Shown: piece after piece, positions 23,201 to 36,300 of the stretch
Numbering within the stretch: position 1 is the stretch's first letter
How the letters are laid out: every line of letters begins with the position of its first letter
Source of the DNA: Macrostomum hystrix
Lineage: Eukaryota > Animalia > Platyhelminthes
Direction of reading: 5' to 3'
Assembly (NCBI GenBank): GCA_950097015.1
Contig: CATNEN010000038.1
Coordinates: 11,966,001-12,030,000, forward strand
DNA length: 64,000 nucleotides
Made by a program: the position numbers and the translations under genes
Notes under the pieces: generated by a model
What the model was told of the DNA's origin: nothing
Databases searched by the model: none
Seen by the model: the letters and a program-made list of their open reading frames with translations, nothing else

Positions 23201-23529
23201 AGTCCTAACCTAAACAAGCCAAGCTGTGCTGTCTCGATAAGCCATCAAGACTGACTGAGTACCGTCTGTTCGGACCTCACTGCACTGCCACATCCTGCGG
23301 AGACGCAGCCCTAGCCCCCCTTGGGACCACCTTTGAAGACAGCAGCGTGGTCATCCGCTTTTTTCGATGGATGTACTTAAAATTTTACTTAACATTCTCT
23401 TTCCCCACCTCCTTACCGGCTGGATTGCCATCTTCAGATCAGAGAGCTTAGGATGGCTAGCAAACTAAAAGCTGTGGCCTTATTACTCTCAATTTCTTTC
23501 ATGAGAAATGCTTCTCTCCTTTTTAATTA

Positions 23530-24259
23530 TACCATTTTGCAATGTAGTTTGCCAAAACTGCAATCAATTTTGCCCGATTATGGAACGATCGCCATGTGGA
23601 GCTCTGCCTTGTGTCCGCGCAGTCCACAAGTTAACTCCGAACTCATCCAGGTACAAAAGATGGCGCACACTTCCGTCATCTAGCAGCCACTGAGCATGCA
23701 TCCTTCGCGCCTCCTTTGTCATGTCGTTGTTCCAGTCCTGGGGCACTTGTCGAGCAAGCTTTAGCGTAATTAGCTGGCCGTCAAGAGCGCGGCTAATGGT
23801 TGAGAGGTTCACATCGGGGGCGCCTGGAAATTCCTGTCTGAGATTGTTCTTCATTTGTTGCCAGGTTGCTGTTGGATTACTTTGGACATAGCTGCATATT
23901 CTCTCCACCATAGCATCGCTGAGTGACTTCCGTTTGGCACCTCCGCGAGGAAGATGATCAATGCGACCACTTGCAATAAATCGCCTAACGATATAGGTCA
24001 CGGTTCTTCGTGCGATGCCCAAAAGTCTACCGAAATCTTGCCAGTCCTCTCCGTTCTGAAATGCTTGAATTAAGCACTGCCGGTCCTTCGTAGAAATCTT
24101 GTTATAAGATCCGCGCTGAGCCATTCTTGCGCTGCTATGTTTGTCTGCGGTGCTTGCTTTTTACTATGGGCAAACTTGATCGCAGTTTTGGCAAAATTGA
24201 ATGCAATTTCAAGGATTTGTCTATGGTTCAAACTATGGCAATGAATGGGCAAAAAGGTA
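23530..24259 (-). mobile_element. Internally deleted Tc1/IS630-like transposon; ORF 23564-24124 encodes the HTH region and first catalytic Asp only
   Basis: TA flanks; ends TACCATTTTGC / GCAAAAAGGTA; subterminal inverted repeat 23548-23575 / 24168-24195; ORF with PRGG linker and LLYLDEFGVNLW motif, then truncation. Confidence 0.85.
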
Positions 24260-24346
24260 TATTAAACTAAGTGTCATTCGCGTGACGGTAAAAAAGTATC
24301 TTATTGGCACAATAAGATTTCATTAGCTTCATTTGTTCAAAATCAC

Positions 24347-24690
24347 AGGGGTCACGCAGAGGACTGTCAGTGGCAGAACGGTTAACGCGTTTGCCTCTCG
24401 CACCAAGGTCCCTGAGCTCGATTCCTCGTCAAGGCCACATTCATTTGGGGCGCAGCCGCGGAGAGAAAATTTGTTGGCTTGACATGCAATTTACTCCCTA
24501 GCGGGCCAACCTCCAAGTCACAGTGAAAGTGTACACTGCCTGACGATGAGAAAGTCAGGGCAGATGTACACACCTGTGTGAGCGTGTGCCTGCGTACGGT
24601 GTCAGAGTGCGTGTATCTGTCCTCGCTGGCTATGGGTCTAGTGTCTCCTGTCAGAAAATGATGTGCGATTGCAAGCAGCCCTCCTGCAAG
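24347..24690 (+). mobile_element. tRNA-derived SINE family A
   Basis: Homologous to 8695-9058. Confidence 0.85.
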
Positions 24691-24721
24691 TATATTTTTT
24701 ACGTTATTTCAGGGGTCCCGC

Positions 24722-27700
24722 ATGGACTCCATAGACGAGGATGCCTTCCTGCCGGACAGTGGAGGCGGCGGCGACCGCAAAGCCGGCCCCGCTTACAGTC
24801 AGCAGCACCAGCTGCAGCTCCAGCACCAGCTTCAGCTGCAGCAGCAACAGCATCAACAGCAGCAGCAGGTTAGCCTTGTGCTCAGATAAGTTCTATTACA
24901 GCTTTGAATGCACTGACTAGATGAGTTTATGCCTCCCTCTGCAGTTCACATTTGCCCAGACAGCTGGAATCGTGGTGGCCAACCCACGCACAGTCGCAGT
25001 GCATCCTTCGCAGCACCTGCTCCAGCACCAGCACCAGTTGCATCATCCCGCCGCGGTGCAGCAGCAGCATTCCTTAGGCAGCCGCCGATCAAGTCAGAGC
25101 TCCTCACCAGCAACACCGCGCGAGAGTCTCCGCAGTCCGCTGGTCGTCGGGATCCCGACTGCGGCAGCAGCTGCGGTGAACACAATTCAGAGCGCATCAG
25201 GGCTTCAGCGACGCGCTTCGGGTGGTCAGGCGGCTTCGGGATGGTCGCAGACGGCCAGTCAGGCGTCGCCTATCATGCAGGCCTTCGCGACCTCCGTCTT
25301 GGCTCCACCTACGCTTCAAGCGCCGCCACTTCAGCTGCTGCCATCCCTGACACCGCCGGGCTTTCGACTCGATCCAAAGAAGCACTACGCCAGCCTGGGA
25401 CGCTGCGGACTCCGCGTTTCATGCCTCGGACTGGGCACCTGGGTTACCTTCGCTGGCCAGGTGCCAGGTGAGTGTTAAATAATCCATTAAAGAATGGTTT
25501 GGCTTTGCTCGATCCGCTGTCGTCACATTTTCGGGGTCAGGTTTCTAGTTAATGATAATTAAACGATTAGTAAAAGTTCGAGTAAGAGTGCTATTGACAT
25601 TTAAGCAACAACAACAACATAATACGCTAGCCCCAAAAGTCAGGGAGGAAGCGTCAGATGGTGCGCCGCAGAGCCAGCGCGCGAACATTTAAGCAAGAAA
25701 AAAGTATTAAGTATTTTTGTAATTACGATTCAAATCTGAAGTCTCGACCATAGACTATGCAATAAAAGCGCGCATTGAACGACCCGGGAACGACCAAAAT
25801 TGGCTAAAAGCTTTTTTAATGCACGTTTTTGACATTGCAATCGTATAGCGCAATATTGCAATATTGCAATCGAATAGTTAGATTCCACTGAATAGTGCCA
25901 CACAATGCAAGTCTTGAAAAGCGAGTACAGGGAAGCAGAAAAAAGGATTTGTCAAACTTCAAAGCAGCTCAAAACTCAAAGTGGGTCGTTTTTTAAGAAG
26001 CCAATTATCCTTAAGATTGGGACCTCGCAAAAATGATCAAGATGTTGACTTTGCTACTAGCGCTATTGGCTACAACAACAACACAACAACAAGAGACGCT
26101 AGCCCCAAAAGTCAGGGAGGCAGCGTCAGATGGCGCGCCGCAGAGCCAGCGCGCGAACATGGTCCGCGCCGGTGGCAGTGTCGGGCGCCCCGGCGTCGCT
26201 CAGCAAGCAGTCGACATAGCGGCGGGTCCGAGCCTGGCCGCGCCTGAACGGGCCCTGCAGGGTGAGCAGCAGGACGTCCTGGGCGGGCTGGCGGCAGTAG
26301 CTCTCGGCCCGAATAACGTGGCCCGCTAGTCGAAGTCGCCGCTGGCGCAGGATGGTGGACGGGCGTTGCAGCTGGGCTCTCTCGTACAGAGCCTCGGTCC
26401 CGACACTCTCGTCAGCTGGAAAGGCCGCACGGAGCAGCCCCGAGTGCGCCGAGTCCAGCTGCCGCTCTAGCGTAGCTGTCAGCGTCCACGACTCGGCGTT
26501 GTACAGCAGGACGGTCTCGACCACCGCCTGCCACAGCCGAGCCCTCCACAGCCCTCCACAGCCGGTATTGGCTACATTTACTGTTACCGGACCGAGTAAC
26601 ATACGCTTTGCCTAAAATGATACACTAACTAGGTGGATTAGGGAGAGCCATACCAGGCAATAAGCGGACTCCTCTTTTCCTATTTTTGCGAGTTCAGCTC
26701 CCAAACGAGTCTATTTTAAAGTGCACGCGAGCCGGAGAGCACTGTATGATCATTGCACTAAAGCTTAAGCAGCTGTATTGGTTCCAGTGCATTATAAGTT
26801 TGGCATAACACGGACGCTAGCTAGTCAATGAGCTTTATAGATGGAGAGGGAACTAGTATCTGCCGTGTGGCAGGCAAATGAATTCACGTCACGTTAATAA
26901 TGCAAATCCATTTCCATTTGGGCGCGGGGCGACCCTTAAAGAGTCTCGCGCCGCTGGAAAAGTTCATTTCTATGTTTTTTAAGGCCAATGTCTGCCATCC
27001 CTTTCCCTCCTAATGTTTATCTAGTTGTATATTTCGTGATCTTATTGCATATTTGTTTATCTTGTTCAGAAGTCGGCAAAATTATAAGAAAGCGGGCCAA
27101 AAAGAGAACCTAAAAGACGACAGCGGGCCGCATTGACTGTAGAAATATGAGATTAGGGAGAGATGAGACACAGGAAAGATGAGACACAGGAAAGATGATA
27201 CACGGGAGAGATGAGACACAGGAAAGATGATACACGGGAGAGATGAGACACGGGAGAAACGAGACACGGGAGAGATGAGACACGGGAGAGACGAGACACG
27301 GAAGAGATGAGACACGGAGGAGATGAGGCACAGGAGAGATGAGACACGGGAGAGATGAGACACAGGAAAATGAGACACGGGAGAGATGAGACACAGTAGA
27401 GATGAGACACGGGAGAGATGAGACACAGGAGAGATGAGACACGGGAGAGATGAGACACGGGAGAGATGAGACACAGGAGAGATGAGACACGGGAGAGATG
27501 AGACACAGGAGAGATGAGACACGGGAGAGATGAGACACGGGAGAGATGAGACACGGGAGAGATGAGACAGGAGAGATGAGACACGGGAGAGATGAGACAC
27601 AGGAAAGATGAGACACGGGAGAGATGAGACACGGGAGAGATGAGACACAGGAGAGATGAGACAGGAGAGATATGAGACACAGGAGAGATGAGACACGGGA

Positions 27701-30700
27701 GAGATGAGACACAGGAAAAACGAGACACGGGAGAGATGAGACACGGGAGAGACGAGACACGGAAGAGATGAGACACGGAGGAGATGAGGCACAGGAGAGA
27801 TGAGACACGGGAGAGATGAGACACAGGAAAAATGAGACACGGGAGAGATGAGACACAGGAAAAATGAGACACGGGAGAGATGAGACACAGGAGAGATGAG
27901 ACAGGAGAGATATGAGACACAGGAGAGATGAGACACGGGAGAGATGAGACACAGGAAAAATGAGACACGGGAGAGATGAGACACAGGAAAGATGAGACAC
28001 AGGAAAGATGATACACGGGAGAGATGAGACACAGGAAAGATGATACACGGGAGAGATGAGACACAGGAAAGATGATACACGGGAGAGATGAGACACGGGA
28101 GAAACGAGACACGGGAGAGATGAGACACGGGAGAGACGAGACACGGAAGAGATGAGACACGGAGGAGATGAGGCACAGGAGAGATGAGACACGGGAGAGA
28201 TGAGACACGGGAGAGATGAGACACAGGAGAGATGAGACAGGAGAGATATGAGACACAGGAGAGATGAGACAGGAGAGATATGAGACACAGGAGAGATGAG
28301 ACACGGGAGAGATGAGACACAGGAGAGATGAGACATGGGAAAGACGAGAAACAGGAGAGATAAGACATGGGAAAGATTAAACGGGATACTGTAGGTGTCG
28401 GAACGGGCCGCTAGCTGCATAATATCTGCTACATACCGCCATGTTTGGTTCTATCTCGCAGACTCGGTGGCTGAAGACATTCTGACTCTGGCTTACGCCT
28501 GCGGCATCAACTTCTTTGACACGGCTGAGGTCTACGCAGCAGGAAGGGCGGAGCTGCTGCTGGGACGCCTTTTGAGAAAGGTTTTTGGTCTTATAGTGGC
28601 TGTTGGTTGAGTGACACTTGGTTTGTCAGATGATTGAGTGGCAGTTGGTTGAGTGACAATTGAGTGACAGAACATCGCGACTGGTGACATAGGCCGTTTA
28701 CTATCTTTGTGTTTAGGCCGGGTGGCGCCGTTCATCGTACACCGTGTCCACGAAGATCTTCTGGGGCGGTAAGGCTGAGACAGAGCGCGGTCTGTCCCGC
28801 AAGCACATTGTTGAGGGCCTCCAGGCTTGCCTACAACGGCTGCAGTTGGATTACGTGGACATTGTGTTTGCCAATAGGCCGGATCCGCACACGCCAATGG
28901 AGGAGATTGTGCGCGCCTTCAGCTTCTGCATCGACCGCGGCTGGGCCTTCTATTGGGGCACATCGCGGTGAGTTAGGATTAGAAATTTCTGTGAGAGAAG
29001 CATCACTTTTTCGTGTGTGTACTCAGGAATCAGCGGAATGCGCGGGCTTAATAATAATGATAACTGCAGGAGGGCTGAGGGCAATGGCACATAATTTGGT
29101 GGCACTGCACCGGCAGCCAGCGAGGAGACACTTCTCCCATTTCGCTGACTCCTGAGCACACACGCACACGGATACTGTACGCAGGCACACGCGCAGGCAA
29201 AGATGTACGGGGTGTACATCTGCCCCGACTTTCTTATCTTCAGGCAGTGTACACTCTCCCTGTGCCTTGGAGGTTGGCCCTCAAGGGCGTAAATTGCACG
29301 ACAAGCCCCCAAGCCTTCTCTCCGCGGCTGCGCCCCAAATGAATGTGGCCTCGCCGCGGAATCGATTTCAGGGACCTTGGTGCGAGAGGCAAATTCGTTA
29401 GATCGCTCTACCACTCACCCCAATTCATGAATTTGGTCTACTTGTCTAGTCTTGTCTACTTGTCCTCTTGTCTACTTGTCCTCTTGTCTACTTGTCCTCT
29501 TGTCTACTTGTCCTCTTGTCTACTTGTCCTCTTGTCTACTTGTCTAGTCTTGTCTACTTGTCCTCTTGTCTACTTGTCTAGTCTTGTCTACTTGTCCTCT
29601 TGTCTACTTGTTCTCTTGTCTACGTGTCCTCTTGTCTACTTGTCTAGTCTTGTCTACTTGTTCTCTTGTCTACTTGTCCTCTTGTCTACTTGTCTAGTCT
29701 TGTCTACTTGTCCTCTTGTCTACTTGTCTAGTCTTGTCTACTTGTCCTCTTGTCTACTTGTCTAGTCTTGTCTACTTGTCCTCTTGTCTACTTGTCTAGT
29801 CTTGTCTACTTGTCCTCTTGTCTACTTGTCCTCTTGTCTACTTGTCTAGTCTTGTCTACTTGTCCTCTTGTCTACTTGTCCTCTTGTCTACTTGTCCTCT
29901 TGTCTACTTGTCCTCTTGTCTACTTGTCCTCTTGTCTACTTGTCCTCTTGTCTACTTGTCCTCTTGTCTACTTGTCCTCTTGTCTACTTGTCCTCTTGTC
30001 TACTTGTCCTCTTGTCTACTTGTCCTCTTGTCTACTTGTCCTCTTGTCTACTTGTCCTCTTGTCTACTTGTCCTCTTGTCTACTTGTCCTCTTGTCTACT
30101 TGTCCTCTTGTCTACTTGTCCTCTTGTCTACTTGTCCTCTTGTCTACTTGTCCTCTTGTCTACTTGTCCTCTTGTCTACTTGTCCTCTTGTCTACTTGTC
30201 CTCTTGTCTACTTGTCCTCTTGTCTACTTGTCCTCTTGTCTACTTGTCCTCAATCATCAAATGATATGTGTCAGCCTTCCTTGATATAAGCACACAACCT
30301 GGGAAATTATCAAATAGTTTCTGGATGCACTTATCAGACATTTCGCTTTCTACCTCTGACAGCTGGTCGCCCATGGAGATCATGGAGGCGCACTCGGTGG
30401 CTCGTCAGTTCAACCTGATTTCGCCAGTGGCAGAGCAGGTTGAGTACCACATGTTCCAGCGAGAGAAGGTGGAGCTTCAGATGCCGGAGCTGTTCGCCAA
30501 GCTGGGCCTCGGCGCGGTTGTCTGGAGCCCCCTGGCCTGCGGCATTCTGTCCGGAAAGTACGACGATGGTGTGCCGGTGTACTCCAGGGCCTCGCTGAAA
30601 GGGTGAGCTTATGATTAGCTTCTTACATTGCCAGTACGACAGGTAGCCCCTTGGATTTCAATAAAGAAAATTTAATTATAACTCTCAGCCTTGCAATCAG

Positions 30701-32574
30701 GGGAAGAGAAGCTTGTGTTAATATTACACAAACAAATCTGGGATTTCTCAGTCTCTGGATCTTAGGCATCCGCAGATTAATGATAAGAGAGTATCACTCC
30801 TCTAATCCATTCGAGTAAGAACCCGCAGATTAGGGGGCCCAAGGTAACCGTAAATGCGGGCTAGATTCACTTAAATCACTGTATAGAGCTACAAACGACT
30901 AAAATGGGTCTTTCTTATAATCTACGAGCTGGAGTTAAAGTACACCACTGGTCCACTATAATATATACGTATATTAATACCCATGCTTCAGGGGCGTAAA
31001 TGAAAGGACAATCAAAGGGCGCGAGGATTAGCCCTTCACGCCCGCAGAGCATGCGTATTGCTGCAATTGTGCCATAGACATTTTTTCTTCAGTAACGCAA
31101 TTCCGGTTGGTCGGGACAATTACTTGTATTTTTGCTGCACCCGAACGGAGCAACGCAAGCACACGAAACTCAAGAACACGGGCCAACTTTTTGTTGCGCA
31201 TCTTCTGAAACAAGAATCAATTCGCCAGCCCTTTAGACCGTCGAGATATTCATCGGTTCTGGCCGAAGGTCAGATTTTTCCCATAAGGGCTAGTGTATTT
31301 CATACCCCTATACACGAATTCGCACTGAACCTCAGTGCTGCCTTGCCAGGCCTTCAAACTTTATCAGCATGTCACTCGAATGTGCCTTCATTATCTCCGA
31401 CTTCGGTGGTCACCGACCTTTATCTAGACAGGGCTGCAGTGTATAGGGGCGACCTTCGGTCAGAACCGTTGAAAATCTCGAGACGGTCTCAAAGGGTTGA
31501 CGAAATTTATTAGACAAGAAGGTCGTGGCATTGTGTTGTGCCATGACCGCTCCTGCTGTGAAAATTCTATTTAGAGAACTTGGAAAATCGGTGTCCAATC
31601 AAAATCTTGCAGCTACACCTGGCTGCGTGAAAAAATTCTCAGCGAAGAAGGCCGCCAGCAGCAGGCGAAGCTGAAGGAGCTGGCGGAGGTCGCTAGCCGA
31701 CTGGACTGCACCTTGGCTCAGCTGGCCATCGCCTGGTGTGTTCGCAGCGGCCACACCAGCTGCGTCCTGCTAGGCGCCAGCTCAGCTGAGCAGCTCTATG
31801 AGAACATCTGTTCCCTGCCTGTGGTGCCTAAACTGACCGGCACCGTCATGACCGAGATTGACATGATTCTTGGTGAGCTGGATGCCATTGTGTGTCCTTG
31901 TGCGTGTACTCCTAGTGCATGTACTTCAATGGTAATTTACCTCGAGGGAAGTTGAGAGGCTTTGTAAGGGCCTGCAGAGGCTAATACCTAATCGAGGAAA
32001 TTTCTCAGAATTGCATTTACGTTTCTGAGAATCGTAACAAAGTTTCTTAGAATCGTAACTAAGTTTCTTAAAAACGCAAAAAAATCTGAGAACTGTAACA
32101 AAGTTAACAAAGATACGCAGCGAAGCTTCTAGGAAACTCAAAAAACATTTTTTAGAATACTTTTTATTCTCCCCTGGGTAGAGGAGTTTATAGATGATCT
32201 TGAGTAGCTGCTCAGAAGCTTTATTTCTATTAATTACTCTTTTTTACCTTTTTATTATCGTCTAATAGGAGAAGACTGGATTTTTCACAGAATTTTTTAG
32301 GTGCCCCTGAATCCTCGGCACTGCAGCATCGCTTGGAGACAGTCGATACGCAGCCAGTGAACATTTGTTTGTGAACATTTTGTGATCCGCATTGCTAAAC
32401 TGTCTCCTTATTTTTAGAAGGCTTTAAGATACGCTGTACTGTTTCTTGGAATCATAGGTCAATATCTGTTTATCTTCGAAACAACCCGCAGGCAACAAGC
32501 CGGTGCCGCAGTCCCGCGGTGGCCAGCAACAGCAGCAGCAGCAGCAGTCCTCTGTCGCTAATCCGCGTCGATGA
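24722..32574 (+). CDS. KCNAB: Voltage-gated K+ channel beta subunit (aldo-keto reductase fold); exons 24722-24868, 24945-25467, 28462-28580, 28717-28967, 30363-30602, 31613-31872, 32492-32574
   Basis: [90 protein letters not shown]; splice phases consistent; Q-rich N-terminus. Confidence 0.95.
25609..25684 (-). mobile_element. Very short 5'-truncated RTE-like LINE 3' end
   Basis: Matches the 3' end of the 26075-26565 copy; (TTG)n tail; TSD ACATTTAAGCAA at 25597-25608 and 25685-25696. Confidence 0.85.
26075..26565 (-). mobile_element. 5'-truncated RTE-clade LINE (C-terminus of the RT ORF)
   Basis: [28 protein letters not shown]; (TTG)n tail; TSD TATTGGCTACA at 26064-26074 and 26566-26576. 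Confidence 0.9.
27155..28375. repeat. 16-bp minisatellite (GAGAGATGAGACACGG)n
   Basis: Direct tandem repeat; same family at 35250, 39705 (reverse) and 43770. Confidence 0.96.
29048..29421 (-). mobile_element. tRNA-derived SINE family A, full length
   Basis: Homologous to 8695-9058 in reverse orientation. Confidence 0.87.
29436..30250. repeat. 16-bp minisatellite (TACTTGTCCTCTTGTC)n
   Basis: Direct tandem repeat. Confidence 0.96.
30969..31550. mobile_element. Second cluster of palindromic Crypton-like non-autonomous cassettes, intronic in KCNAB
   Basis: GTAT at 30969 and 31295; inverted arms atacccatgc/gcatgcgtat and cccctatacac/gtgtatagggg; inverted repeat 31229-31272 / 31451-31496; 31133-31285 recurs in reverse at 62255-62407. 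Confidence 0.55.
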
Positions 32575-33343
32575 AACAGACGTGCTCGTCGCTCGATGCG
32601 TTTTTGTCCGAGTCCGTGAAATCCTTCACTGAGTTGTGTTAAGCTTCTTTCTAGCGACAGAATTTTGTTGTCCAGTATCTTTTATATTTCTTGTCTTTTT
32701 GGAAAATCCCGTTTTAATTCTGCAAATTACTAATGGCTATATCAATGCAAGCGGACACTCTTAACAATCTTGTTAGACGTTAATTGAAACGCTTACATTA
32801 ATTTGTTGAAAATTAATTTTATTTTTAAACCACATATGGTACGTAATGTCACACATTTCTCGTTAATACCTACATTTTTACATATCAAATCAATAAACTT
32901 CAGTGTATATTTTGTATCCTCCGACTGCACTACTATGAGTAACTGATTCGCCTATTAAATTTTTTAATTTAATTTTAAGATGAAAGTAACGACTGTCGTT
33001 AGTTTTTCGGAGAATAAAAGAGCTACAGATGTTTAGTGTATCTGTATAGAGTCAAAAGTATAATTATATACAAGTGTAAAACACCATACCAGTACTGTCA
33101 GTACAACTGCATGTCATGGAAGATTAAAAACTTGGGTAAAAAAGAACGCACCAATTCGTTTATGAACAAATTAAATAAACAAAAATAGACAACGATGATT
33201 TACATGAATCATTTGCATATTGTCACATACACTAAACGATTTCCAAAGAAAAGTCCCAACAATGGACTGATTCCACATCGGTGGACAGATTAATTGTCCA
33301 TGGACATATTTCTCGAGAAAAATAGAGTCACATTCAAGCTGGC

Positions 33344-36300
33344 TCAGTCTTCATCGACGAGGCTCTCGGCCAGGTTCCAGAGGACGCTATCCTCGGTGAA
33401 GTTATTGTCAACCAGGGCCACTAACAGGTAGGTTTCGGCCATAGACTCGATGAGGCGCCTGCTCGGTGAATTCTCCTCGTACAGGCAGGCCCACTCTTCA
33501 GTCCAGAGCGCGTAGGCTTCGTCGCGCCAAGCCAGAAAGGCGGTGCTGTCGCAGACGGTCGGCTGAGCCACCTCGGCAGCCGGGAAGACGCCCCAGGTGA
33601 GAGCGATTGGGGCCGAGAAGTTGACGAGGCTGACATTACCGGACTTGTCCACAATGTGGTAGCTCACGCGAGGGCTGTGGCAGCTCAGAAGAGTCTGCAG
33701 GTGCAAATTTTGAGAGTTCGTAGACAACTCCATGAGAGAATCCTTCTAATGTAAAAAACTGTAGTAATTTCGAAGTCACGCTTCAAGAGTTCAAAAGCCA
33801 TGGAATATTTCTTAGAAAGCCTGCTAAAACTAGGATTGGGGTTAGGAAGCTGCTGAGAGAGTGAGTTTCAGAGCGGTCTAACGCGGTCTAACTCTTGCGC
33901 CAAGGCCCCTGGCTTGATTCCGCAGGGAGGCCACATTAAATTAAGGCGCAGCCGCGGAGAGAAGGCTTGGGGGCTTGTCGTGCAATTTACGCCCTTGAGG
34001 GCGAACCTCCAAGGCACAGTGAAAATATACACTGCCTGACGATGAGAAAGTCAGGGCAGGTGTACACGCCTGTGTGAGTGTATGCCTACGTACAGTATCT
34101 GTTTGCGTGTGTGCTCAGGAGTCAGCGAAATGGGCAGAATTGCCTCCTCGCTGTCTGCGGGTCTAGGGTCACCAAATGATGTGCCATTGCCCGCAGCCCT
34201 CCAGCAATTAGTATATATTATTATATATATATTATATATATATTATTATTATTATAGAAAGCCGCTGAAGTCTGTCCTTACTCGCAAATCCTGCAGTCGG
34301 CGGCCAGGTAGAAAGAACTCCAGGTAGGCTCGCTGATAGACGAAGCCACCGGGTCCGCCCCAGCCGTGAACCGGATGATCGCTCTCGACTCCGTTGACCC
34401 TCAGCTGGTAGTTGATGGTCAAGAGGCCCCTAGTGCTCAGCGCCGCTAATCGCTGCTTGGCCTCCAGAGCTTCGCTAGACACCACAGACTTTGCCAGTGG
34501 CTCTTCGTCGCCCCAGGGCAGCCGGGTCACACGGACACCGTCCGGATTGTTGGCCGAGCCGGACAGGTGATAAGCGAACACGCGCCACACGTCCTGCTCG
34601 ACGGTCGGCTCCCGACCCCACATCCGGAGCCGCTCCTGCTTGCTGGCGCGGACTGAAGATTTCAATAAATACGGAGTGGCACTGATGTCGCCTGTCTTCA
34701 ATTCTTGAAGCATAAAATATTGAATGAACCTCACCTGTCAGGTAGAACAGATAGTAGTCGTTGAGCTCTTCAATCTCGGCTGACTCTGAGCCCCATCTTC
34801 CGTTGGGATATTCCTCCCAGTTCCTGGTTCGATGCACGTAACTCGTCGGCCGACGCGACCAGAACACCGGGCGCACTGACTCAGCGCAGCGCTCGTGATT
34901 GGCCGATGGTTGCCATGGTAACGGGCGCGGCAGATCCTCACGCCAGAGCCCGATGTTCTTTAGAATGCGAATGGTAGCAGCGTCACGATTCAGCGTGTAG
35001 AAGTGAATGCCTGCGAAGGTTGCAGTGATCGGATTATGGACTCTGATAGCGCTTATTAAATGTTTTTTATTACACAATAGAATGACGACATTGTAGTGTT
35101 ATACAATCGCTAATATTCTATTATAATATATGACTATTGAAAGTGGCTGTCTGTTGCTTATTAAATGTACATTACTTAAATGCTAGAGGCCGGAAACATT
35201 ACACACCACGGGAGCCAACGAGTGTACCTAGTACCTACGAGACAGTAGAAGGAGAGATGAGACAGGGGAGAGATGAGACAGGGCGAGAGATGAGACAGGG
35301 GAGAGATGAGACAGTGGAGAGATGAGACAGGGGAGAGATGAGACAGGGCACAGATGAGACAGTGGAGAGATGAGACAGGGGAGAAATGAGACACGGGAGA
35401 GATGAGACAGGGGAGAGATGAGACAGGGGAGAGATGAGACAGGGAAGAGATGAGACAGGGGAGAGATGAGACAGTGGAGAGATGAGACAGGGAAGAGATG
35501 AGACACGGGAGAGATTTCACTCACCGTGAACCACTCCGCTCTGCAGCAGCTGCTGGCACATCTGGGTGCACTGAGCCACGCCGTAGTTCCTGATGGCCTC
35601 ATCGTTGTCCTTGATCGGCTCGATGACGCTCAGCATGCTCTCCGGCACAGACAATTTGGAGAGCTTAACAATGTGACGAAGCGACTGGTAGCCCTGCACG
35701 GGCAGGACTCCGGGAATGATTGGGCAGTCGATGCCGATCTGACGGCAGTCGGCTACGAAACGAAGGAAAGTGGCCGCCTCGAAGAACAGCTGCGTGACTA
35801 TGAACTCCGCGCCTGCGTCCACCTGCGGTGCCGTGATGGAGCGGGATTAACGGCGTGATTCAGCAGCCTGCATTCCAGTCACTCTATAGTGTCTCCTCCT
35901 CATTCTATCCTCTAATCCCCTTCCTTCTTTCGCCTAATCCCTTTCATTATATCTTCTAATCCCTTTCATTCCATCCTTTAATCCCTTTTATTTTATCCTC
36001 TAATCCATTTCATTCTAATCTCTAATCCATTTCAATCTAACCTCTAATCCTTTTAAGTATATCCTTTAATCCCTCTTAATATTTACTCTAATCAATCACA
36101 TTACTCCGCAATTCCCTTTCCCATCTTCTCATCTAGTTTAATGGTCACTTAATCCAATTATGGGATCAAATCTAGAGGCTTGTGTCCTCCCTTCCGTAGA
36201 CCCTCTCCGCATGCAGTGTCACCTTTTCCTTCAGTCTCTGGAGATCTGCGGCGTAGCTGACGGCCTCCGGGTGACCGTCCGGGTAGCCGGCGACCCCGAT

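Noticed and set aside
27082-28420. Long ORFs of 383-436 aa, and similar ORFs at 7, 1349, 29343, 40635, 43752, 48250, 52175, 55491, 56181, 58105 and 59798
   Set aside because: Translations of stop-free tandem repeats, often open in several frames and mostly intronic
35905-36075. Interstitial telomere-like repeats (CTAATCCC)
   Set aside because: A degenerate pyrimidine-rich repeat of about 22 bp, not (CCCTAA)n
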